Assembly (NCBI RefSeq): GCF_049969415.1
Contig: NZ_JBMFOX010000001.1
Location: forward strand, 50,525-114,524
Origin: Candidatus Hadarchaeum sp.
GTDB lineage: Archaea > Hadarchaeota > Hadarchaeia > Hadarchaeales > Hadarchaeaceae
Direction of reading: 5' to 3'
Length of the DNA: 64,000 nt
Positions 39,955 through 48,445 of the stretch are shown in pieces. The first letter of the stretch is position 1. The number at the start of each line of letters is the position of its first letter. Made by a program: the position numbers and the translations under genes. Below the pieces are notes generated by a model, which ran no database searches, was not told where the DNA came from, and saw nothing but the letters and a program-made list of their open reading frames with translations.

Positions 39955-41388
39955 TTGGTGAGGAGGGAGCGCTGGCGGCAGGATTTCAGCGGTTGGTTCA
40001 GCGACATCCTGCAGGAGGCGGACATCATGGACACCCGCTATCCGGTGAAGGGGCTGTACGTCTGGAGGCCCTACGGGATGAAGCTCCGCAATCTGGTTTT
40101 TTCGCTCCTGAGGCGGCTCCATGAGGATTCCGGACACGAGGAAGTGCTCTTCCCGCTGCTGATCCCGGAGACGCTGTTCCAGAAGGAGGCCGAACACATC
40201 CGGGGCTTCGGGGGACAGGTCTACTGGGTGACTCACGGCGGACACCAGAAGCTGGACGTCAGGCTGGCCCTGCGCCCGACCTCGGAGACCTCCATGTATC
40301 CAATGTTCGCCCTCTGGATCCGGACCCACGCCGACCTCCCGATCAAGGTCTACCAAGTCGTCAACGTCTTTCGCTATGAGACCAAGATGACCAAGCCACT
40401 GATCCGGCTGCGCGAGGTCACCACCTTCAAGGAGGCCCATACCGCCCACGCCACCGCCGAGGAGGCCGAGGCCCAGGTCAGAGAGGCCATCGAAATTTAC
40501 CGGAGATTCTACGAGGAACTCGGCGTCCCCTACGTGATCAGCAAGAGGCCGCCCTGGGACACATTTGCGGGCGCCGTTTACTCCATCGCCTTCGACACCG
40601 TCACCCCGGACGGGAAGGCGCTGCAGATCGGCACCATTCACAACCTGGGGCAGAACTTTGCCAAGGTCTACGGGCTGAAGTATGAGGGGGTGGACGGCAA
40701 GCACCACCACGTCTACCAGACCTGCTACGGCATCTCGGAGCGAGCGGTAGCGGCGACGATCATGGCCCACGGCGATGACGGCGGCCTCTGCCTGCCGCCG
40801 CACGTGGCCCCGATCCAGGTGGTGGTCATACCAATCCCGTTCAAGGAAAAGGAAACTCCGGTGGAGAGGGTTGCTGCCGAGGTGAAGGAAGAGCTCACGG
40901 CCGCGGGCATCCGGGCCCACCTCGACGATCGCGACCTCCGCCCGGGCAACAAGTTCTACCACTGGGAGCGGCGGGGGGTGCCGCTCAGGCTCGAGATCGG
41001 GCCCAAGGATGTGGAGAAGGAGCAGGTCACCGCCGTGCGCCGCGACACGGGTGAGAAGATCACCGTCGCCAGAAGTTCACTGCAAACTCAGGTGGAGGAG
41101 ATTTTGCAGCAGATTGCCGAACACCTCCGCGGGCGGGCCAAAAAAATGCTCGAGGAATCGGTCCGTGTTGCCGCGGACCTGAAATCGGCCAAGGAGCTGC
41201 TGAAAAAACAGGGGGGCATCGTCAGGGTCCCGTGGTGCGGTCGCGAATCTTGCGGCAAACAGTTGGCGGAAAAGGTCGAGGCGGAGATGCTCGGGGAGGA
41301 GATCGACAACAGGCCGGCGCAGGATGCCAGATGCCCGATCTGCGACCATCCGGCCACCGGGAACGCGCTTTTGGCTAAAACTTACTAA
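39955..41388 (+). CDS. proS: Proline--tRNA ligase (archaeal/eukaryotic type)
   Basis: YPVKG, LRPTSET, VFRYETK..PLIR.RE, QTCYGISER, C-terminal Zn Cys residues and terminal AKTY. Confidence 0.97.
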   Translation: MVRRERWRQDFSGWFSDILQEADIMDTRYPVKGLYVWRPYGMKLRNLVFSLLRRLHEDSGHEEVLFPLLIPETLFQKEAEHIRGFGGQVYWVTHGGHQKLDVRLALRPTSETSMYPMFALWIRTHADLPIKVYQVVNVFRYETKMTKPLIRLREVTTFKEAHTAHATAEEAEAQVREAIEIYRRFYEELGVPYVISKRPPWDTFAGAVYSIAFDTVTPDGKALQIGTIHNLGQNFAKVYGLKYEGVDGKHHHVYQTCYGISERAVAATIMAHGDDGGLCLPPHVAPIQVVVIPIPFKEKETPVERVAAEVKEELTAAGIRAHLDDRDLRPGNKFYHWERRGVPLRLEIGPKDVEKEQVTAVRRDTGEKITVARSSLQTQVEEILQQIAEHLRGRAKKMLEESVRVAADLKSAKELLKKQGGIVRVPWCGRESCGKQLAEKVEAEMLGEEIDNRPAQDARCPICDHPATGNALLAKTY

Positions 41389-41402
41389 GAATTTTTGGCA
41401 GG

Positions 41403-41487
41403 GGGTGGACGTATATGCGTCGCTCACCCCTGGGTGGACGTATATGCGTCGCTCACCCCTGGGTGGACGTATATGCGTCGCTCACCC
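41403..41487. repeat. Perfect tandem repeat, 29-bp period, about 2.9 copies of a palindromic unit (GGGTGGACGTATATGCGTCGCTCACCCCT)
   Basis: Copies start at 41403, 41432 and 41461 and are identical; the third lacks the final CT; internal symmetry GGGTG/CACCC and GACG/CGTC. Confidence 0.97.
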
Positions 41488-41534
41488 AACTTCGCCAATA
41501 TTCCTCAAAATTCCACAAAGCCGTTGAAACTGGC

Positions 41535-41557
41535 CAGAATTTGCGTCGAAAATTCTG
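41535..41557. other. Inverted repeat / hairpin CAGAATTT-N7-AAATTCTG
   Basis: Perfect 8-bp arms between the tandem repeat and the Cas2-like gene promoter. Confidence 0.6.
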
Positions 41558-41584
41558 AACCAGCCAGCGAATGTTTCGTTCCTG

Positions 41585-41591
41585 TTTATAA
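41585..41591 (+). promoter_or_regulatory. Putative TATA box (TTTATAA) of the Cas2-like gene
   Basis: TTTATAA ends 30 nt upstream of ATG 41621, typical archaeal spacing. Confidence 0.55.
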
Positions 41592-41620
41592 CGCCTCCAC
41601 CAAAATCACGGCGGAGCGCT

Positions 41621-41866
41621 ATGCGTCTTGATAAAATAAAATACCTGGTCATCTGGGACAAACCCGGCATCAGATCGGAACCGGGCAGATTTTACCGGAG
41701 GATAAAAACCGAGGGAGCAACTTTCATCCAGCGAAGCGTCTACGGCACGAAAACTCTCGAGAAAGCGCTGAACCTGGCCGTTCTCCTCCAGCGCCGTAAA
41801 GTCAACGTCCTGATTTTTCAGGCGAGGTGGATTAACCTCAGTCCTCACCATCAACCCAAGCGCTGA
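41621..41866 (+). CDS. Stand-alone Cas2/VapD-like small ferredoxin-fold protein
   Basis: YLVIWD (conserved Asp after beta1) and GATFIQRSVY match the Cas2 Y-L-x-x-Y-D and G-x-x-x-Q-x-S-V-F motifs; 81 aa; no other cas gene in the window. Confidence 0.7.
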   Translation: MRLDKIKYLVIWDKPGIRSEPGRFYRRIKTEGATFIQRSVYGTKTLEKALNLAVLLQRRKVNVLIFQARWINLSPHHQPKR

Positions 41867-42738
41867 ACGGCCTCCAGAATCTCCGGCTCGGTGGGAAAGC
41901 CCGTGGGCCCCTTGTACCTGATCTTCAACCCTGCGGCTGCGGTAGCAAATTTCGCCGCATCCATAACGTCCCGCGTGGCCAAGTACCGGGTGAGAAAAGC
42001 CGCCCCGAATACATCACCCGCCCCCGTCATGTCCCTGACCCCGACCTTGAGCGGGTCAATCCTGGTAAAGCCCTCGCCGCTCAGGACCAACGTGGGCTCG
42101 CCACCCCGAGTGACGATCACGATCCCCGGCCCCATCTCCTGAACGCTGCGCATGCCCTCCTCGACGTTCCCACGGAGAACCACCGCCTCCTCCCTCCCCA
42201 GCTTGACGATGTCAACGTGCCTGAGGAACTCGGAAAGGTCCCTAGGCCTGACCCCAACCCGGCCATCGGCTCCGATAACCCGCAGAATCCCCTGCGGGTC
42301 AAGCATCACGAAGTTGGACTCCCTCTTGATGAACCTCAACAGCTCCGGAGTGATCTCGTTGGCGATCGGTGAAACGTAAAAGGCCTTCGCATCCAGGTAG
42401 CTGCCCGGGACATCCGCAGGGGTTATCGGCGGGGCCACATGCTTGCAGACCTGGGTCCGGTTACCCTGCTCATCGTACGTGTTCTCAAAGGTGGTCGTGT
42501 GCTCTCCGGCGACGTAGATCCCCTCGGTGTCCAGTCCGAGCTTGCGGTAGATGGGCGGGAACTTCTCGGTGAAGTCGATGCCCACCTTGGAGACGAGGCC
42601 CACCTCCAGCTTCAGGGCGGCGAACTGCAGCCCGGAGTAGGTCGGTGCGCCGCCGAGGACGTTCTCCACCACACCCCAGGGAAAGACGTTCACGTCCAGC
42701 GCCACATGTCCCACAACCACAACATCCGGTGCCATCAA
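41851..42738 (-). CDS. PfkB/ribokinase-family carbohydrate kinase (possible myo-inositol kinase)
   Basis: VGHVALD, LGGAPTY, LDPQG and DMTGAGDVF; coupled to ino1. Confidence 0.88.
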   Translation of the reverse strand: MMAPDVVVVGHVALDVNVFPWGVVENVLGGAPTYSGLQFAALKLEVGLVSKVGIDFTEKFPPIYRKLGLDTEGIYVAGEHTTTFENTYDEQGNRTQVCKHVAPPITPADVPGSYLDAKAFYVSPIANEITPELLRFIKRESNFVMLDPQGILRVIGADGRVGVRPRDLSEFLRHVDIVKLGREEAVVLRGNVEEGMRSVQEMGPGIVIVTRGGEPTLVLSGEGFTRIDPLKVGVRDMTGAGDVFGAAFLTRYLATRDVMDAAKFATAAAGLKIRYKGPTGFPTEPEILEAVQRLG

Positions 42739-43808
42739 TTATCCCTCCTTCCCGCGATGAAATCCTCCACCGCCTGCCTCGCCCGTTCGTCGGGTATCTG
42801 GACCGGCGGGTGCTTGAAGAAGTAGGCGGAGACCCCGATCAGCGGCCCGGCGATGCCGCGGTCGAGCGCCAGCTTCACCGCCCTGATGGCGTCGATGACC
42901 ACGCCGGCGGAGTTGGGCGAGTCCTCGACCGAAAGCTTGACGTCGATCGTCAGCGGGATGTCACCGAACTTGCGCCCGCGCAGGTAGATGTAGCAGACCT
43001 TGTTGTCCTTGAGGAAGGGGACGTAGTCGCTGGGCCCGATCCGGAGCGGCACCTCGTAGGGGACCTGGCTGGAAACCGCCTCGGTCTTGCTCACCCGCTT
43101 CGAGCTCAGCCGCTCCTCCTCGAGCATGTTCAGGAAGTCCGTATTGCCACCGATGTTCAGCTGGTAGCTCTCCTCCAGCTTGACCCCGCGATCGATCAGG
43201 AGCTTGGCCAGGACCCGGTGCAGTATCGTCGCCCCCACCTGCGACTTGATATCGTCGCCGGCGCAGGGCAGCCCGGCCTTCTTAAAGCGCTCACCCCATT
43301 CCTTTCCGGAAACGATGAACTCAGGGATACAGTTGATGAAGCCGCAGCCTGCCTCGATCGCCTGCCGGGCGTAGTGGCGCGAGGCCTCATAGCTACCCAC
43401 AGGGAGATAGCTCACCAAGATGTCGGCTTTGGCCCTCCTGAGTTCCTCGGCCACGTCCACGGGCTCCTGCGTTGGGTCCACGGGAACAACCGGCTTTAGG
43501 TACTTGCCGAGACCGTCCAAAACCGGACCACGCTTGACCTCCACGCCCAGCCTCGGCACCTCGGAGAATTTTTTGGTGCAGTTGGGTGGAGCAAAGATGG
43601 CCTCAGAGAGGTCCCGACCCACCTTATTGGCATCGACATCGAAGGCGGCGACGGGTTTGATGTCGCGGATGTGGTAGCCACCGAAGTTCACGTGCATCAG
43701 TCCGGGGACAAACTGGTCCTCCTTGGCATGCTTGTAGTACTCCAAACCCTGGATCAGCGACGAGGCGCAGTTGCCCACGCCCACAATGGCCAACCTTATC
43801 TCCGCCAC
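42735..43808 (-). CDS. ino1: myo-inositol-1-phosphate synthase
   Basis: [50 protein letters not shown] and DSPNSAG; GTG start at 43808. Confidence 0.96.
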   Translation of the reverse strand: MAEIRLAIVGVGNCASSLIQGLEYYKHAKEDQFVPGLMHVNFGGYHIRDIKPVAAFDVDANKVGRDLSEAIFAPPNCTKKFSEVPRLGVEVKRGPVLDGLGKYLKPVVPVDPTQEPVDVAEELRRAKADILVSYLPVGSYEASRHYARQAIEAGCGFINCIPEFIVSGKEWGERFKKAGLPCAGDDIKSQVGATILHRVLAKLLIDRGVKLEESYQLNIGGNTDFLNMLEEERLSSKRVSKTEAVSSQVPYEVPLRIGPSDYVPFLKDNKVCYIYLRGRKFGDIPLTIDVKLSVEDSPNSAGVVIDAIRAVKLALDRGIAGPLIGVSAYFFKHPPVQIPDERARQAVEDFIAGRRDN

Positions 43809-43812
43809 ACCA

Positions 43813-44193
43813 TCACCCCAGCACCTCAACCAACTTGAAGAGGTAGAACTTCCCGCCCCTCTCCAGCGCCAGGCCCACCTCGGCGTTCCCCCCACGGTGC
43901 CGGAGCAGCTCCTCCAGCTGGGTGCCCCTGATGAGGTAGTTCTCCCCCGACTTGACATCGAGGAACAGCCGCTTCCCCTCCCTCTCCACGAGGACGTCGA
44001 TCGGCCTTCCCTCGGGGCCCCCGGGCCGCCAGCCGCGGGAGGCCAGGAGCTGCGTCAACCGTCTCCCGGCGAGCTTCCACCGGCGGGCCTTCGTCTCCCC
44101 CAGCCGGGAATGGCAGGAGGGACAGCGCAGCGGCGACCCGCGCGGCCGCCACTCGTAGCCGCAGTTCTCGCAATGTAAATTTGTTACAACCAT
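43813..44193 (-). CDS. Zn-ribbon + PD-(D/E)xK (Hjc-like) fold small protein
   Basis: CENCGYEW...CPSC, then PIDVLV...LFLDVKS; ends 5 nt before ino1. Confidence 0.65.
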   Translation of the reverse strand: MVVTNLHCENCGYEWRPRGSPLRCPSCHSRLGETKARRWKLAGRRLTQLLASRGWRPGGPEGRPIDVLVEREGKRLFLDVKSGENYLIRGTQLEELLRHRGGNAEVGLALERGGKFYLFKLVEVLG

Positions 44194-44212
44194 ATTTCAA
44201 CCTCTGAAATAT
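44192..44212. promoter_or_regulatory. Candidate operator: inverted repeat ATATTTCA-N5-TGAAATAT in the divergent promoter region
   Basis: Perfect 8-bp arms in the AT-rich 73-bp gap between padR and the ino1 operon. Confidence 0.45.
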
Positions 44213-44266
44213 ATCTAAAAAATTAACTATTTAAGGGTTGCTGACCATTTAATTCTGGTCCTTCCT

Positions 44267-44584
44267 ATGGCCATGGCGAGGATAAAGCGCAAGACCACGA
44301 CCGAGATGATCTGGCCCTATTTCCTCAAGTTGCTCAAGGAGCGGCCCATGTACGGCTATGAGCTGCGCCAGGAGGCCCAGAAAAGGTTCGGCTGGAAACC
44401 GCCCACGGTGACCTCCTACCTCGTCCTCTACAGCCTGGAGAAGGGCGGCTACGTGACGGTGTCCTGGAAGGAGCAGCGGGGCAAGCCGGCGCGGAAGTAC
44501 TACAAGATCACCAAGAAGGGGGAAGAGCTCCTCCAGGAAGCGATAGACTACTTCAAGGAGACCTACACTAAGCTCGCCGCCTAG
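44267..44584 (+). CDS. PadR-family transcriptional regulator
   Basis: LLKERPMYGYEL...YLVLYSLEKGGYV...RKYYKITKKG. Confidence 0.92.
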   Translation: MAMARIKRKTTTEMIWPYFLKLLKERPMYGYELRQEAQKRFGWKPPTVTSYLVLYSLEKGGYVTVSWKEQRGKPARKYYKITKKGEELLQEAIDYFKETYTKLAA

Positions 44585-45177
44585 TGCAGCCGCTGCCGCG
44601 TCACCCACAGCCGCTGCACGACGGTCAGGTTCGCGATCACCGCGATAACGACCACCGCGTAGGGGGTCAATCCCAGCAGCGCTCCGATCGCCAGGATGAT
44701 CATCCGTTCCGCCCGTTCGGCAAACCCCACGTCCAGCCGCCCCGAGCCCGCGGCCTCGGCCCGGGCCCGGGTGTAGCTGACCATGAAGCTGCCCGCAATC
44801 GCCAGCAGACACCAGGCCCAGCCCCAGCCCAGCAGGATCTCAGGCTCGGCAATCCGGTGGTTGATCAACGCGTAGCTGATGCCGGCGTAGAGGAGGAAGT
44901 CCACGTAGCGGTCGACGACGGAGTCCAGCACTCCACCAAAGGCGGTCTCCTTCTGCAGCAGCCGGGCCACGGCGCCGTCGATGACGTCGAAAAATCCCGC
45001 CACCAGCAGCAGCACTCCGGCAAGCAGCTGCTCGCCCCAGGCGAAGAGGAGGGCCGCGACGACGCCGAAGATCAGCCCCACCATCGTGAGCATATTCGGG
45101 GTCAGGCCGCTGCGGGCGAAAACCCTGGCCAAGGGAGTTATCCAGCCCTTCGCCCTCTCGCGGATCCGGCTCAGCAT
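44581..45177 (-). CDS. CDP-alcohol phosphatidyltransferase (probable archaetidylinositol phosphate synthase)
   Basis: TPNMLT, DVIDGAVAR...FGGVLDSVVDRYVD, SYTRARAE and ERAER; near ino1. Confidence 0.9.
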   Translation of the reverse strand: MLSRIRERAKGWITPLARVFARSGLTPNMLTMVGLIFGVVAALLFAWGEQLLAGVLLLVAGFFDVIDGAVARLLQKETAFGGVLDSVVDRYVDFLLYAGISYALINHRIAEPEILLGWGWAWCLLAIAGSFMVSYTRARAEAAGSGRLDVGFAERAERMIILAIGALLGLTPYAVVVIAVIANLTVVQRLWVTRQRLH

Positions 45178-45232
45178 CCCGACGCCACCAGCGGAAGCTT
45201 TTTTCTCCGCCGCCATAAGGGTTTTGGAGACC

Positions 45233-46066
45233 ATGATATATTTAGGCCCCGCCGGAGTTCCAATCTCGAGCAAGGACCGCAGCACCCTCGGCGGCCTGAG
45301 GCGGGTCGCCGAGCTGAAGCTGAACGCGATGGAGATCGAGTTCGTCCGCGGCGTGGCGATGAGCAACCAGACCGCGGAGGAGGTGGGCCGGCTCGCCCGG
45401 GAGCTGAAGGTCGAGCTCTCCGTCCACTGCCCCTACTTCATCAACCTCTGCTCGACCGACAAGAGGAAGCTCGAGGCCTCGAAAAAGCGCATCCTCGACT
45501 CCGTGGAGCGCTGCTACCACATGGGCGCCCGGATCGCGGTCTTTCACCCGGGCTTCTACGGGTCGCTCACCCCGGAGGCGGCCTACGAGATGGTGAAGGA
45601 AGCCGATCGAGACATGCTGGATAGGATGAAGTCGATGGGCATCAAGGGGGTGGCGCTGGGCCATGAGACCACGGGCAAGGTCAGCGCCTTCGGCTCCCTC
45701 GAGGAGCTGGTGAGGCTCTGCAAGGAAATCCGCGGCTGCGAGCCCGTCGTCGACTTCGCCCACCTCTGGGCCAGGAACGCGGGGAAAATAGACTACGGCA
45801 GGATCTTTGACCAGCTCGAGCCGTTAAAGCTGAAGCACCTGCACACCCACTTCACCAGCATGGAGTGGACGCCGGCGAAAGTTCCCGGGGCGGGGAACGA
45901 GCGGCGCCACCTGCCGATCTCCTTCGACCAGCCGCCCGTGGACCCGCTGGTCCGGGAGGTCCTGAGGAGAAACCTCGACATCACGATCATCTCGGAGTCA
46001 CCGGTGCTGGAGCAGGACTCGCTGGTGCTGAAGCAAAAGTTCGAGAAATTAGGCTTCAGATTTTAG
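45233..46066 (+). CDS. Endonuclease IV-like TIM-barrel protein (archaeal)
   Basis: GPAG, EIEFVRGV, SVHCPYFINL, VFHPGFY, ETTGK, DFAHLWAR and ISESP. Confidence 0.9.
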   Translation: MIYLGPAGVPISSKDRSTLGGLRRVAELKLNAMEIEFVRGVAMSNQTAEEVGRLARELKVELSVHCPYFINLCSTDKRKLEASKKRILDSVERCYHMGARIAVFHPGFYGSLTPEAAYEMVKEADRDMLDRMKSMGIKGVALGHETTGKVSAFGSLEELVRLCKEIRGCEPVVDFAHLWARNAGKIDYGRIFDQLEPLKLKHLHTHFTSMEWTPAKVPGAGNERRHLPISFDQPPVDPLVREVLRRNLDITIISESPVLEQDSLVLKQKFEKLGFRF

Positions 46067-47323
46067 TGCTCGCGGCAGCTCCTCGCGGGGGACAACCTCC
46101 TGTTCCCCGGTGATCATGTCCTTGAGGATGACCCGGCCCTGCTTCAGCTCCTTGGGCCCAACGACGACGACCCGCTTCACCCCGATGGCGTTGGCATATT
46201 CCATCGCCTTGGTGAACTTCCGCCCTACGAGGTCGATGTCCGCCGCCAGCCCGGCGCGGCGCAGCTCGGTGACCACCCTCATCGCCTCGGCGCGGACCTC
46301 CTCGTTCACCGGCAGGACCAGGCAGTCCAGGCGGTCCCGGAGCGGAACCATGCCGCGCTCCAGCAAAGTTTGCGCGATCCTGTCGATTCCGAAGGCGACC
46401 CCAACCGCGGGCGTGGGCTCACCCCCGAGCTGCTCCACCAGCTCGTCGTAGCGGCCGCCGCCCGCGACCTGGACCCCGCCCAGGTAGGCCTCGAAGACGA
46501 AATCGGTGTAGTAATCGAGGCCGCGGGCGATGCCCAGATCCAGGGAGAAGTTTTTGACGCCCAGCGAGGGGAGGTAGCCGATGATGGCCCGGAGGTTCTG
46601 CAGCGCCGCCGTGGCCCTTGGGATCTTCCGGAGCAGCGGTGCCGCCTGCTCCAGAATCGAAACCTCACCGCGCAGGGAAATGAGCTCCCGGAACAGTTTT
46701 TCCTCCGCGGGCTTGATCCCGGCCCTTCCGATCTCCTCGCTGATCCGCTTCTCCTCTTTGGAATCCACCGCCCTGAGGATGGGGTCCTGAGCTTCACCCT
46801 TCACCCCGGCGTGGGAGAGGAGCTCGCGCAACAGGCGGATGTGGCCCAGCCTGAGTTCGAAATCCGCGAAGCCGAGATCCTCCATGACGTGACCGGTCAG
46901 CGCGGCGATCTCGGCGTCGGCGGCGGGGTCGGCGGTGCCCAAGATCTCCGCGCCGGACTGGAGGAACTGGCGCCAGCGCTTCGACTGCGGCTCCTCGTAG
47001 CGGAAGCAGCTGCCGAAGTAGTAGAGCTTCACCGGCTTCGGCCGCGACCGGAGCCGCTGGATGTAGACCCGGGCCACAGGGGCGGTGATCTCGGGCCGCA
47101 GGGCGAGGTCGCGCGACGACTTGTCCTTGAAGGCGTAGAGCTGCCTCACCACGCTGGAGCCGCTTTTCTTGGTGAAGAGCTCGAGGTGCTCGAAGATCGG
47201 CGTCTCAATCTCCTCGTAGCCGTAGCGCTTGAAGACCTCCTCCATCCGGCGCATGACGTGGCGGATGCTCTGGAGCTCCTCTCCGAAGAGATCCCGGGTG
47301 CCGCGCGGCGCCTGCACGCTCAA
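46049..47323 (-). CDS. hisS: Histidine--tRNA ligase
   Basis: PRGTRD, LRPEITAP, FRYEEPQ, RGLDYY, GGGRYD and anticodon-binding domain. Confidence 0.97.
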   Translation of the reverse strand: MSVQAPRGTRDLFGEELQSIRHVMRRMEEVFKRYGYEEIETPIFEHLELFTKKSGSSVVRQLYAFKDKSSRDLALRPEITAPVARVYIQRLRSRPKPVKLYYFGSCFRYEEPQSKRWRQFLQSGAEILGTADPAADAEIAALTGHVMEDLGFADFELRLGHIRLLRELLSHAGVKGEAQDPILRAVDSKEEKRISEEIGRAGIKPAEEKLFRELISLRGEVSILEQAAPLLRKIPRATAALQNLRAIIGYLPSLGVKNFSLDLGIARGLDYYTDFVFEAYLGGVQVAGGGRYDELVEQLGGEPTPAVGVAFGIDRIAQTLLERGMVPLRDRLDCLVLPVNEEVRAEAMRVVTELRRAGLAADIDLVGRKFTKAMEYANAIGVKRVVVVGPKELKQGRVILKDMITGEQEVVPREELPRALKSEA

Positions 47324-48445
47324 CCGCCTCCAACGGTGAGGGTCCAGACCGGAGAGGCGTTCTCGTTCCCGGCCTGGTCCAAGGCATACACCTTCCAGTA
47401 GTAGCTCCCCGGGGATAAATCAAACGGCAGGGTGAGGCTCGTGGCGCTGGTCAGGTTGTCCAGCATCGGCGAACTGAAGTCCTGATCGTTGTCCAGAACC
47501 AGCCGGTAGCTGGCGGCGCCCAGGACACTGGACCAGGAGAAAGTGGGGCGGTTCTCCGTCAGCGTGGCGTGGTTCGATGGGGCCAGCGGTTCCGGCGCCT
47601 CAGGGGGGATGGTGTCGATGGTTAAGGTCCAGACGGGGGATGAGGCCAGCTGCGAGCCCACGACCGAGACCACCTTCCAGTGATAGGTGCCGTCAGGCAG
47701 GGGCTCGGGCGCCGTGTAGCTCCGGACGAGGCCGAGGGTAAAGAAGATCTCGGGTGAGCCAAAGTTGGGGTCATCGTCGACCACAATCCGGAAGTTGTCG
47801 GCCACGCCTCCCGACCACCGGAAGGTGGGCTGGGCGGTGTTGACGCTCCCGTCCTTCTCCGGCGAGACCAGCGTCGGCGGCTGCGGCGGCAACCTGATGG
47901 TGAACCGGCCCTGGGACCAGCTGCTCTGATTTCCGGCGGAGTCGATAGCCCGCACCCGCCAGACGTAAACCCCGTTGTTCTGGAAGGTGAAGGCGAGGTT
48001 CTCCGCCTCCAGCAGGTTGTCGACCAACAGCTGCCCGGGATCGGCCTCGTTGTAGACCTGTACCTGATACCTCGCCCCGGGCTCGGACGGGGACCAGCGG
48101 AAGGTGAGCTCAAACTGGGAGAAGACCGCGCCCTCCTGCGGTTCGATGAGCTGCGGGGCTACGGGCGGTGCCGTGTCCAAGGTGAAGCTGGCGGCCTCCG
48201 ACCAGCCCAGCAGCTTTTCTTCCTTGTAGGCGGCGACGCGCCACCAGTAGCTGCCGTCGGCCAAAACAACCGCGGGCGTGTAGCTCGGCTGCGTGGTCTC
48301 GGCCTGAACGACGACGGAGCTGAAATTCTCGTCCCGGGCGAGGACGAACTCATACCTCGTGGCGCCTATTCCCGAGGTCCAGCGGAACTCCGGGGTGCTG
48401 TCGTTGATCAGGGAACCGCCGGTGGGGTAAATGGGTGAAGCGGTG
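47320..48445 (-). repeat. Four tandem ~93-aa Ig-like/FN3-like protein domains in the AglB-like C-terminus
   Basis: Units begin TASPIYP, PPVAPQLIEP, PPQPPTLVSP and PPEAPEPLAP, each with FxW and GxYxWxV. Confidence 0.8.

Noticed and set aside
41403-41487. Calling the 29-bp repeat a CRISPR array
   Set aside because: The units abut with no unique spacers (at most an invariant CT), and no cas1 or effector genes are in the window; kept as a tandem repeat.
41501-41530. 30-bp stretch ending in GTTGAAAC, like a CRISPR repeat 3' end, near the Cas2-like gene
   Set aside because: Single copy, unrelated to the 29-mer; an 8-mer match can arise by chance.
41324-41631. ORFs running through the tandem repeat (41324-41527, 41395-41631)
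   Set aside because: The 29-bp period is not a multiple of 3, and the peptides are simply frame-cycling translations of the repeat.
44173-44189. ATGTAAATTTGTTACAA, similar to the Bacillus PadR ATGT-N8-ACAT site
   Set aside because: Spacing is 9, one arm mismatches, and it lies in coding sequence; the 44192-44212 palindrome is the better candidate.
7194-47401. Long antisense or alternate-frame ORFs (e.g. 7194-8072, 16041-16910, 33487-34461, 39937-40962, 42645-43499, 44584-45624, 46370-47401)
   Set aside because: They are shadows of well-supported genes in GC-rich DNA, with no recognisable motifs.
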